64,000 nt of DNA from Novakomyces olei (taxonomy: Eukaryota). The position numbers were made by a program, and so were the translations under genes. The stretch lies in NCBI GenBank assembly GCA_016906335.1, contig JADEYG010000002.1, positions 1,178,001-1,242,000 of the forward strand, written 5' to 3'. The notes beneath the pieces were generated by a model. It saw only the letters and a program-made list of their open reading frames with translations, was not told where the DNA came from and ran no database searches. Every line of letters begins with the position of its first letter. Position 1 is the stretch's first letter. This document shows positions 46,906-58,383 of this stretch, piece by piece.

Positions 46906-48281
46906 ATGATCCGTGCACGGGTGGCAAGGCTTACATCTGTCGCCCGACACTGTAGACTTGTTACGGCTGGCCAGTCTGTACGAAGCTTTTCACGCACGCA
47001 CTCGCCTGCTCGACGAGGGCGGGTGGCGTGGTCTCTGGCGATTGCAGCGCTCAGCGTCTCTGGAGCCCTCTATGCCAGCAGTGTACTAGCCCTGTTTTGT
47101 TTTTAATTAATTAGTTATTTATTTATTTATTTCGTTTATTAATTAATTAATTAATTTAATTTGTATATTTTTTAATTGCTCTTGCTAACGGAAAGGCGGG
47201 CACAGCGGTACAGTGCGACTCGAGACTAGAGGATGAGCAACAGGTACACACTTCTTGGGAAAGCTTACTTGCTAAAGTAAAAGACGGCAGTTGTTGCGGA
47301 AAAGCCGCTGATGCGTCAGCGTATGGAACAGTTTGTCAAGGATAAACAAAAGGAAATCGTAGAAGCGATCGAGCAGGTGGATGGCGGCAAGTTTCGTGTC
47401 GACACATGGAGGAGAAACGAGGGCGGTGAAGGCGTAAGCTGTGTATTGCAGGACTCAAACGTCTTTGAAAAAGCCGGTGTCAATGTCAGCGTTGTGCATG
47501 GCCAACTTGGTCCTCAAGCAATTGAAAAAATGAGAGCTGACCACCGCAGTTTGCACGTCGAGGCAGGAAAGACCCTACCTTTCTTTGTTGCTGGTATCAG
47601 TCTCGTTATGCATCCACGTAACCCAAATGCGCCAACAGTGCATTTAAATTATCGATACTTTGAAGTGGAAAACGAGGACGGGTCCCCGCGCGCTTGGTGG
47701 TTTGGCGGCGGGTCTGATTTGACACCGAGCTATTTGTATGACGAAGATGCTATTCTGTTCCATCGCCTACTTAAAGAAGCGTGTGACCGCCATGACAAAG
47801 CTTATTACCCGCGATTCAAGGCCTGGTGTGATAAGTATTTTTGGATTAAACATCGCGATGAGGCTCGCGGTATTGGTGGTATTTTCTTTGACGACTTGGA
47901 CGACAAGGATCCAGAACAATTATTTTCTTTTGTACAGGATTGTGCAAACGCATTCCTGCCTGCATACGTGCCTTTAATGAACAAGCGAAAGGTACGTGTA
48001 TTAATCATACACATTCGTACGTACTAAATGCTAATTACTAGGACATGCCTTTTGGACCAGAGGATAAAAAATTCCAGCAAATTCGTAGAGGTCGGTACGT
48101 TGAGTTCAACCTGGTACATGATCGAGGAACTGCTTTTGGATTGCATACGCCTGGAGCAAGAATCGAAAGTATTCTCATGTCCCTGCCCCTCACGGCTGCC
48201 TGGTATTATGAACATGTACCATCAACCCTCCAAGAGCAGCGGCTCATGAGCGTCTTGCGGCAGCCCAAGGAATGGGTGTAA
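46906..48281 (+). CDS. HEM13: Oxygen-dependent coproporphyrinogen III oxidase with N-terminal targeting peptide and TM segment; three introns
   Basis: [64 protein letters not shown]. Confidence 0.96.
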
Positions 48282-48434
48282 AATTAAAGTAGTCTTTTGA
48301 CCTTATAGACCCATATGTACATCTTAAAAAGAGAAAAGATTTTGAATATTTTGTTACAAATTATTCGAAGATTAGGCCGTAGTCGAGTTTATTGCATCTG
48401 AAATGCGATAAATCAACTAAAATGAAGATTATTT

Positions 48435-50252
48435 TCATGGCCTGTCTGGACGAAAAGCATTGTAGCGCCGATTTTCCGATCGTTTTGACTTCATTTCGTG
48501 AGCACGCTCGCGTGGATCAATAACTTCCAATTCTTCTTCAGCTTTTTGCTGTCTATATGCCAGATCTTTTCCAAGCTTTTCCGCAGGTGCCGCAAAACGA
48601 TGACCTGCCCATGACAAAGAATTGTCATCTTCCTCAGCATCGTCTGCTCCATTTTCCCCGCCTAGACATGATTTACAGCCAGGGATATTATGCAATTTAC
48701 ACTCCGTTCCCGATGCCGTTTCCTGCTCATCTGTCTCGTCTTGTTGAGATGAAAGCATCCGCTGAAAATTCGAAAGCTTTTTCATTGTCTAAAAATTAGT
48801 ATAATGGATCAAAAGTGAAGCAAAAAAATAAATAAAAAAGAATGATTGAACAAATAAATAAATAAACACACAAATAATACATTAACTATAAATAAATTTA
48901 AATAAAAAACTAAAAGACAGTTCCCCCTTTTACCTCTTCCTCACTAAAATCCGGCATGGAGCCATTCTTTTTCCGACTGCCTACTAGAGCACGGCTATTC
49001 GATTTGTAACGAGCCCGTTCTTGCTCAAGAAGCGAGAGCTTGCCCCGCGGTGTTTTTGCTTTGTCTTGCTTAGATTGTCCCTCGAATGATAACTCAGACT
49101 TGAGCGCTTCGATATGCTCTTTGACGGAAAGAGGCGCCTTCTTCTGTACTTCACTCTGAGCATTGGCGGCGCTTTTACTCGATTTCTGATTAGCTACTTG
49201 CCTTTCACCGACTGGATTTGCACTCTCCCTTTGCTTCTCCAATGACTTTGTTGGTTTGCTTATTTCTCGGTCAGAACTGGAACCTCGGGCTTGAGCCGTT
49301 AGCTTGTCTTTATCTTCCAGCGCTGTTTGAGGGCGACTAGATTCAGCCAACAGTCGTGAATCAGTGCCCACATCGTGGCTGCTTTTAAATTTTTTCTTGG
49401 GCACGATAGGCGCTTCTGCGCCTTCCTCATCCTCTTCTCCATCAGCACCAGCAAAACTGAGCAGTTTAGAGCTTTTCTTGGACAGCTTTGCCAGATTTTG
49501 TTGCTGCCGCTTCTTCTCTTCTGCCTGTGCTTGGCGCATGCGTTCTTCGCGTTGAGCGCGAGTGCTTCGCAGCTTTATGTCATCAAACGGATTTTCCTCT
49601 ACCTTTGTGCTTAATACACGAGCTGGGTACACCGGCCGGTCGTCGGCTCCCAGCTCGAGCTCTCCAATAGCTACTACATTATATATAGTATCGCCAACAA
49701 CACGTCCAAAAAGCGTATTGTGATTTTGAAGTTCTGGTGTTGCGTCCAATGTAATGAAAAACTGAGATCCATTATCGTTCTTGCCCGCATTAGCCATGCC
49801 TAAAAGCCCGCGCCTTGTATAACGCAATCGTGAATGAAACTCGTCGGCAAAAGGTTCGTCCCATGCAGACTGGCCTCCATGACCGGAACCCGTAGGATCT
49901 CCGCCCTGAATAATAAAACCTGGTACCACACGATGGAACAAAGTATCGTCATAATAACCTTCCAGGCCTTGTACATTAGTCGCGACAAACGCAAAGAGAC
50001 AAGCAAAGAAAAAAAAGTGGTTGAGCCTTACAAAGTTGAATGAAATTTCGGCATGCAAGTGGGCACTCTTTGCCCCACAGTTCGAGGTCTATAGGCCCTC
50101 GCGTTGTTTCAAGGACCACGCGAGCACTGGCGCAGGTTAGAATACGTTATCGCTTCATATCTCACGTACGTTGGCACTGGCTCTAGACTATATATAGACT
50201 GAGGGTATTAGCAAAGACAAGCGCTAAAGCTTTAAAAGGCAATTACCGACAT
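48435..50252 (-). CDS. CWC27: Spliceosomal cyclophilin Cwc27; four introns
   Basis: [74 protein letters not shown]. Confidence 0.93.
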
Positions 50253-50577
50253 GGCGTCTGCTCGAGGCCAGGGCTCGAGATGAGTGTGGATTAGTGGCAC
50301 AGGCGCACAGGCAAATTTGGCTATTTTTCATATATTATTGTAGTTACTTCTATTGTAATTTCTTCAACTGTATTTCCTTCAATTGTAAGCGTAAAGTGTG
50401 CTCGAGTAAACGAGTAACTTTGTATTTAGTAACACTGTGAAAGTTACAATGTTTGATTCATTTTACATGTGTATAACTTTATATCTCACACTTCTTATTT
50501 TATCCAATCCTTCTAGTTTATCAGAGTCGAAACTTTTTTGACAGTTGCAAACTGCAGCAAAAGTTGTGGCCCAGACT

Positions 50578-51452
50578 ATGCCGGCTATTGGAACGCAAAA
50601 GCGCAAAGCGCGCAGCAGTACAGAAACTGATGAGACAAATACCGAAGCACGTAACAAAGCATCTCGAGCTGATGCCGCGGCTGATGGAGCGATAAAAGAT
50701 ACTGAACATGATAAAACCGCGTCGCAGGCCTCAACGGACGCGCAAGAAAACCCTTCGACCACGAAGGATCAGAGACTAATAGTTGTACTGGACAAGGCAT
50801 GCCTTGAAATTTTCAAAGCCGGCAGCAGCAGCGGTGGCGAAACAAAGTACCAATTGCTTAACTGCGACGACCACCAAGGCATTCTAAAGAAAATGGGACG
50901 AGATATAGCTGATGCGCGGCCAGATATTTGCCATCAGTGCTTATTAACTTTGCTCGACTCACCTTTAAATAAAGCAGGAAAATTGCAGGTCTACATTCAT
51001 ACTGCGCAAAACGTGTTGATTGAGGTTAACCCTGCTGTGCGTATTCCACGGACTTTTAAACGATTTTCAGGATTAATGGTCCAGCTGCTTCACCGTCTAA
51101 GTATTCGTGGAGTAGGCGGGAATGACAAACTGCTAAAGGTTATAAAGAACCCCATCACCGACCATTTGCCTCCAAACTGCAAAAAAATTAGTAAGTTTTC
51201 CAGATTTGCGATTGTACTAATGCCGAAGCACTCTCATTCGACGCGGAGCCTGTCCGGCTTACAAAGTATATCCCACAGCTAGAACCAGGCCAGTCGATTT
51301 GTGTTGCTATTGGTGCAATGGCCCACGGATCAGACGATTTTGCGGATAGTTGGGTTGATGAAAAAATTGCTGTTAGCGAATACAGCCTCTCTGCTTCCGT
51401 GGCGGCGAGCAAGTTTGTACACGCGTGTGAAGAAGTTTGGGACATTCTATAG
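50578..51452 (+). CDS. EMG1: 18S rRNA pseudouridine N1-methyltransferase Emg1/Nep1; one intron ~51191-51228
   Basis: [60 protein letters not shown]. Confidence 0.95.
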
Positions 51453-51753
51453 TGAAATGTGATGTAAACAGACGGCTCATATTACAAAAAGTGCACGGAG
51501 AAATGGGGATAGAAGGTACCGTGCCTTTATACCGTCTTTGACCTAGTTTGAATGAATAATCGCAGAGATTGCGAAGAGAATTAGGAAATTCAGGGCACAA
51601 TGAGCATCATTACATAGGATCTTGTGTACGTACGAGCCATGCTTACTAAGCTTTTATATCCTTGGTACCCAATACCGACAGGATTATGAACAAACCTTTG
51701 GGAAAGCTCGTCCCAGAGATTTTATCTGACTTTATACAGCATACAGTAAATAA

Positions 51754-53087
51754 TCACAAAGAATAAAACCCACGTTTATCCATAAACACTTTGTGCCTTG
51801 CCGGGCAAAACCCTGGGCCAAATACCACATCAAAATAAACAGATTTGGCGCTAGACACGGGAGCCTCGGCATCCTCGCCTTCCCGTGGTGGAAGCACGTC
51901 TTCCTCCTTATATTTTCGATAGGGCACCATGAAAATACGAGCGTGAATGCAATTGCTCCAGGACATTGAACCAAAACTGCGCTGATTTGAGCGTCCTAGC
52001 GGGGCTGACACGTATCTGTTTTGAAAATCTAGAGAAAGATCATGCTCTTCCATAGAGTGGCCACCAGACTGCCGCACCTGATTAACGACAACAACAGCAA
52101 TATTGTATTTAAGAGCCAGTCGTCGTAATGCGCTTGAAATAGAGATAAAATGCCTTCGTCGATGAGCCAGTTTCGCTGTGCCCTCTCCATCAGTATCAGT
52201 TTGGTTGGCCGCTAAACTATCGAGTACGACTACGCCAATCGAACGTTGCTGGATATACGTCTCTAGTGCATACGAAATAAGGTTAAATTCGCGTGTAGCA
52301 TCTAAACACTCGACCGCATCGATACCGTCAAGGACATGAACCTCCGGCTGCCTACCTTTGGCAATCTGTAGCAACCGCTGTGTGCTCCATCCACCCTCTG
52401 TGCATATTATTAGCGCACGTTTCCCAAGGCCTCCTGCTTCACGTGGCAATTGCGCACATACACACAATTGCAAGGCAAAAGTCGATTTCCCCACTGCCCT
52501 GCAGCGTTTAGTGAGTCTTGACGCAAAAAAGATGGAACCAAAATACATAAACCAAAGAAAGTGAACCAATTGTAAAGTATCCAACTTGTAATTTGCTGCT
52601 GAAACTTGACACCAAAAGAACAATTACAAAATAATTCCAGAATAATTCCATAATAATTATAGAAAAGAAAAGAGAAGAATAACAAAATACAGGGAGGAGC
52701 CGAGTTTAAACATACGCTTCGCCACATATTTCCGTGATTGCTCGCGTCGGTATGCCACCGCCAAGGTGCTTATCCAACGACGCGTCGCCAGTCGTAAAGT
52801 ACGCGACTTGGTCAAGGTACGTGAGCGCGTTTACCGGTGGCAACGCGGTCGCCGACAACGACCGCTGAACCTGGTCAATGAGCGCCCGTGCGTCAAGGAT
52901 AGGGAGTTTTGCTCGCTGTGCCAATGCTTCGACCCCCAATGATAGAATATCGAGGCAGGTTATGTTTGCTTCATGTATCAATATCGAATTACAAAGTCAA
53001 AAGTATATGACACGTACCCTCTGCGCAAACATGTGCAACACGCTCGGAAAACGGTGGCGATTGATCCACAAACTGGGAAACGTCCAT
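51754..53087 (-). CDS. RAD57: Rad51 paralog, Rad57/XRCC3-like; two introns
   Basis: FTTGDASLDKHLGGGIP, ITEICGEA|AVGKST, LQLCVCAQLP..GGL, VVVLDSLAA, AVVVVNQV, WSNCIHARI. Confidence 0.8.
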
Positions 53088-53271
53088 TGCCTAGAAAGCC
53101 ATTTTTACCATATGCCAGGCGCCATCTCTTGTGCAAACATCTGTTTCGCTCTAGTACCGATTTCCAATACAAACTGTAGCAGCTATATTGCTCAATTTAA
53201 TTTATTTAGCAAATAAATAAATAAATAATCAATTAATTAATCAATTAATTAATTAATTGCTAGCAAGAAGC

Positions 53272-53752
53272 ATGTTGGGCTGGGGCGACGGCAGTACTAG
53301 CCGCGAGGTTCCTCCACAAGCTGCCGCAAATGCACCTGTGCCTCATGAACAGGATCGGCCTGCTGCCGATGTTTTGGATTTTGTTAAGATGCCAGAAGAG
53401 CCTTGTGCACTAAGGGTAGGAGTAGCAGCAACTTTACTTCAATGTTGACAATGTTGAGACTAATGTCATGTTTTAGCATTATTTTGATGAAATGCTCATG
53501 TGCTATACGCCAGCATCTCAATTAAGGTACTATTATCGCTACGGCGGAAGCAAACCGTGCGGGAAAGCGTGGAAGGATTGGATGTGGTGTATGTCTACGC
53601 AGACACAGTCAGACCCGGACGAGCAAGAAAGTTTAAGGCAGCGCCGGTTAGATCAATGGTCGCAGCTCCGCCAGGGACCGAACAGCGAAAATGTCTGGAC
53701 CGTCCGGACAGAGCCGATTCTACCGGGCTGGCGCGAAGATAATATGGAATAG
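53272..53752 (+). CDS. EMI1: Emi1-like (DUF3128) small Cys-containing protein; one intron
   Basis: FDEMLMCY, QLRYYYRYG, CGKAWKDWMWCM, GPNSENVWTVRTEP. Confidence 0.75.
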
Positions 53753-54211
53753 ATCTGAAAAGATCTTTTTTCTAGTGGATTGATAAATAGTATGATTCAG
53801 GCGCGATTGAATTATGGTCCATGACTTGTATAATCTAGTGTTGAAACAGTATCTATCCATTTAAATGTGAGGAGCAAAAACGAGAAGCCTGCTTCACAGC
53901 TTTTTGCCTCTGCTCCACTCAAAGAAATCGCGTTTCTGGGACTACACAACAATCATCATAGAGGGATACGTGCAGCTCTTACGATGATCTATGCTTATAA
54001 AGCGCTCATGTACATTTTTCCTTCATTTCCAGCCCTCTGTAGCGACTGTCCATAGTTCTTTTGCCATCAAACAAAGAGGCACAAGGTTCATGCCTAATTA
54101 TTAGTACCGTAAAGATACTCTATGACTCAAATAAAATGCCATTTGCTCGTATTGTGCTGTAATCGGTATTGTGCATTTTCATTTGCAAGCTAGTGTCTGT
54201 GCAAATCCAAG

Positions 54212-54958
54212 CTACATCAGCAAACCGAGATACTCGGTACGAGGGTATCGGCGATGCAGTTCTGGCCATTGCACGATCATACGGTCTGCTACGCGTAGCA
54301 TCAACACCAATTTTCCAGTAAGAGAGAGTTTGCTTACGCGCGCAAAAGATTCAACGTAAATAATAGAGACACGTTTGCCCAAAGCATACTGTGCGGGTTA
54401 GCATTAAAATCACAATTAGCTTTAATTACCTGTACAAGACGGGCGGCAAGGCACAGCATGAGACAGCTTCCTGGACCGTTACACAAAATTAGATCAGGAG
54501 CGCCAAACCTGTTTTGGCATAAAGGGCCAAAGCAGGCAAATAGTGACACTAGAGTAGTAAAAGGTGTAGTGGTCCATGGCTGTAGCACTCTGCGAGCTCT
54601 TGGGATAGTGATAACCTGGAACGCATGCTCCTGAACATTGGGCTGCTTCTTCTCGAACTGCTCAACTTTTGTGCGGCTCAGCTGATCACCTGATGACAGC
54701 ACATATGAACGTGGATAAAACTCACATCCACTTTGCTGCTTGTCACCATGCAAATAGCTTAAAAGTGTCAGCATTTCCGTTGTATGTCCGCCTAAATTGT
54801 TGGTAAAGTTCAACGGTACATTTAACCTTACCCGACCCGATGAAAATGGCGGTATGGATATATTGGCTCCGCACCTGCTTGCGCCTAATTTGTGTCGCGG
54901 AGAGCCACACTGCGGTTCCCACGAGGGCCACAATTAGGAGCACAAAAGCCTTCAGCAT
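54212..54958 (-). CDS. ALG14: UDP-GlcNAc transferase subunit Alg14; two introns
   Basis: N-terminal TM, GSGGHTTEM, IPRARRVLQP, PDLILCNGPG, IYVESFARV, LSLTGK, VQWPEL. Confidence 0.93.
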
Positions 54959-55485
54959 TGCGCATGGCCCAATGCTTGGAGATTGCTCTTATTACCGCAA
55001 AAAAGATGATTTTTTACGTATTACAGACTGCAAAGGTTTCAGCATTTATCCAATGCAATGCTCAACGCGCCACTGGCCTCTGCACATGTACGCATGGTGG
55101 TAAAGGCCTCTGGACTTATATCGGTCTATATCATGTGTGCACGGGCTACAATATTGACCCTAACAAACCCTAATTTATGTGCTTATCACTTCATTCACGC
55201 TCCGAAAAATCATCTTAATATAGTATATGTAAAGCTGATTCTCTAACCTTTTAGTTGTTGAGCATCAGAAACCTTACGATTGTCAAACCCAAACAACCAA
55301 AAGGCAAATTTGTCCATAATTTAAGGCTACATGACCTGACCCGCGAAGCTGATTATCGAGTAAAAGCTTGTCAAGTGATGCTTTAAAGCACGCGAAAAAG
55401 GTACTATGATATGCCATAATTCTGCTTGATCGACTGGTCAAACATTATTCAGAGTCCGTATTCAACACTATCTAGATTCTAGGCC

Positions 55486-56083
55486 CTACAGTGACTTGAT
55501 TTTGTCTATAACTTTGCCCAATAAAAAGCCATCTAATTTCATAACTCCATCGGTGGTCACTGCACGGTAGGCCTGATCCATTGGCGTATAAGTCCCAGGC
55601 ACCATATGACCATCATCGACACGTATGCTTCCAAGAATATCTTCTGGTGCAGGAATTCGACCGTACGGCGGGGGATTTCGTTCATCAGGCACATGCATGT
55701 ATCCTGTCTTTTGAAAGGCTGCCATTGTCTGTAACAGTGGATCATTAGGGGCCTCTTGGCCAATTACATTTTGGACAAGAGCAACAAACTCTGGATTAAC
55801 CTGCACGTGCTCTGGAATACTTAGATCAATATCAGATCCCAACGCAGTTAAAGGTGCCCAGCCAAGAACGCCGGTAGTCTTTGATGGCGGTCTGGCCGTG
55901 AACGTGATAGCGGCCACATCGCGTTGATTACAGGCAAGACCAGGGAAAAAATGCTGTGGCGTTCAGTAATCGTTATGACAAGACGAGATAACTTACAACA
56001 TGTGGCTGTGTAGCAGAAGTTATGAACCGCGCACCTATTGGCCGCTTACACAACAAATTCCTTCTGCAAGTAGCAAACAGCAT
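55486..56083 (-). CDS. Uncharacterised conserved-looking fungal protein, probably mitochondrial; one intron
   Basis: Arg-rich N-terminus MLFATCRRNLLCKRPIGARFITS. Core GYMHVPDERNPPPYGRIPAPEDILGS resembles a fungal hypothetical family (from memory). Confidence 0.65.
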
Positions 56084-56494
56084 TGTGGACGTCATTGAGG
56101 ACTCGGTCAAACTCATTACAATTCATGTGACTAAAAGAACCAGTCAAGTCACGTGCCGAATATATATATATTATCCTATGGAAAGGGCACAGTAAATATA
56201 TATTTCGCGTTTATATTCGTACGATTTATATTACTGCAGAAACCTCGGGGCAGCAATTAAACCCTAACCCTTGTAGGTCGATGAAACGCTGATAAGCATG
56301 GCTTTAAAGGCGTCGCACAAGGCCGGATAGCAAAGTGCTGTTTAATTTACGAGCCTGCAGGATGCCTGTACCTTGGGCGCTCATTACTGCTATTAAACAG
56401 AGTCAACATTAAATCTAAAGGCACACGTGACTTTTGCGCAACGTATCATGGGAAGATTGAATCTGAGGCCTCGACTGGCCGCAAACCAAAAGCT

Positions 56495-56872
56495 ATGGTC
56501 CACCGTTATCGAAAGCAGACGCAGTACATAGTAGTTGCTTCAGCAGAAAATCTACGGCAGATACTTAACGAAAACGAAAGCGTTGTTGTTCAAGTCTGCA
56601 CACACCACACAGAGTCGCTGGTCGTGAATTTTATGGACAATGTTGACAAAATGAGCAATCACTTCCCAAACTATGTGTTTGTCCTGCTCAATATCGACCG
56701 TGTCACAGACTGGGAGCTTTCCCACTCAATCCAGGGTACACCGCTTACCATAATCTATCACAATGGCGAGCTCGTGCATCGATTGCCCGGGGCGATGCCT
56801 ACGGCTATCATAGACTGTTTGCAAAAATACAAAACACCCAAACCGCCTAAAAGACGCTGCATCATCAGTTGA
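56495..56872 (+). CDS. Thioredoxin-fold protein lacking CxxC, with C-terminal polybasic + CaaX motif
   Basis: Trx-like pattern (VVVQV, FVLLNID, IQGTPLTIIYHNG, GA) ending KTPKPPKRRCIIS. Confidence 0.65.
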   Translation: MVHRYRKQTQYIVVASAENLRQILNENESVVVQVCTHHTESLVVNFMDNVDKMSNHFPNYVFVLLNIDRVTDWELSHSIQGTPLTIIYHNGELVHRLPGAMPTAIIDCLQKYKTPKPPKRRCIIS

Positions 56873-57548
56873 GATGATTTGAAAGCGTACAACGCTGTAT
56901 TTTATGCTTATCGGCCGCTCAGCATACCCACGCCATCATCTCGTGAAGTCACAGACAAAAAAAGGCAATGCCACATTTTGCATTTCAGTTGGGATTTAAT
57001 TTACCTGGCTGGTGATAGAAGCCTAAAGAACAGAGGCAGAACTTTAATCAATTACAAGTCCTGTCCTGCGACTCAGACTCCGAATTTCTTTGATCTCTTG
57101 AGATTCGTCAACAGAGAGGATTATTACGACAGCTTACTACGGTCTTCAATTAGCATTAGTAATCTCGACAGAATTATTATTATAAATGATTGCACTCGTG
57201 TTGACAAGACGGGAAACACACTACGTCATCGGCTCCATAATACCAGCCTGTGCGAAGATGGGCTGTGCCGTTTATATTAAATGTATGATTCATAAGCAAT
57301 GCTTGACATTTATAATCCATTGAACTAGAAGGATCCGTCTCATCTCTCATACACATAACATAAATATATATATATATATATAAAAGTATATATACGTCGA
57401 TAAAGTTCTCTAACCTTAACCGCACAGCCCACAAACCTACATCAGTCTGGCAGCCCTACGCAGTTCGTGGAGGACTATTGCTATCGCCCATACCAATTCA
57501 CTAAAGCAGCCCTTCGTCAGCCGTGCTTTTACTACCTCACTAAACAGA

Positions 57549-57866
57549 ATGGGAGGTGTCAGCGTTATCGCTAATGCTGCCGAGTTCGACAAGATCAAGG
57601 CAAGCGACAAACTTGTAGTGGTCGACTTTTTCGCCACCTGGTGCGGACCGTGCAAGGCGATCGCACCGCAAATCGTCAAGTTCAGCGACAAGTACGAGTC
57701 TGCAGATTTTTACAAGCTGGACGTTGACGAGGTCTCGGAAGCTGCCTCTGCCGAAGGTATCAAGGCTATGCCTACTTTCAAGCTCTACCGTTCCGGTAAA
57801 GTGGTCGCTGAAGTAGTTGGCGCCAATACCAAAGCCATCGAGGAGGCGATCAAATCAAATCTTTAG
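57549..57866 (+). CDS. TRX1: Thioredoxin
   Basis: VVVDFFATWCGPCKAIAP, KLDVDE, AMPTF, VVGAN. Confidence 0.97.
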   Translation: MGGVSVIANAAEFDKIKASDKLVVVDFFATWCGPCKAIAPQIVKFSDKYESADFYKLDVDEVSEAASAEGIKAMPTFKLYRSGKVVAEVVGANTKAIEEAIKSNL

Positions 57867-58383
57867 ATCCGGATCTTGATTCGCGGAATCTTTTCCAAGT
57901 TTAGTTCTAAATTTTTTCTTGAATATTTCTCTACAGCTTAGACGTAGCCGCATGGCATCGAATTAACGGATGTACATACACAAATTTGCTATCTGTCGGG
58001 TGCTTTTAGTAGTTGGACTTTAGTATCGTAGAGTTAATGGGCAAAGAATATCTGCAGAGCGAGCTAAAAGCACGGTTATCCAGTAATATATAGTTTTAGC
58101 AATGAACATAGACTGTGAATTTGCCACTCTTTATAAGATTAGGAGGAGTAGGAACAGGAAAGATTATGGTAAACTAAAATCAAAACTATCAAAATATCAA
58201 AAGAATAAATTGAACAAAAGCCATAGACCCAGGGTATAATTAAGGACTGTGGCCCTCTGTCCACTATTAGTGGCACCAGAGCATTTATAAAGGCTGCTCG
58301 CTTGCTCGACGATATTTTACAAATACGTACCCGCAAGCATACAGTAGAAAAGCTTCTTGAACACCCTCTGACGAGTTCATCAG

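Noticed and set aside
56879-57280. 133-aa ORF between the two thioredoxin-fold genes
   Set aside because: Starts at TTG, has no recognisable motif, and is probably UTR/promoter sequence.
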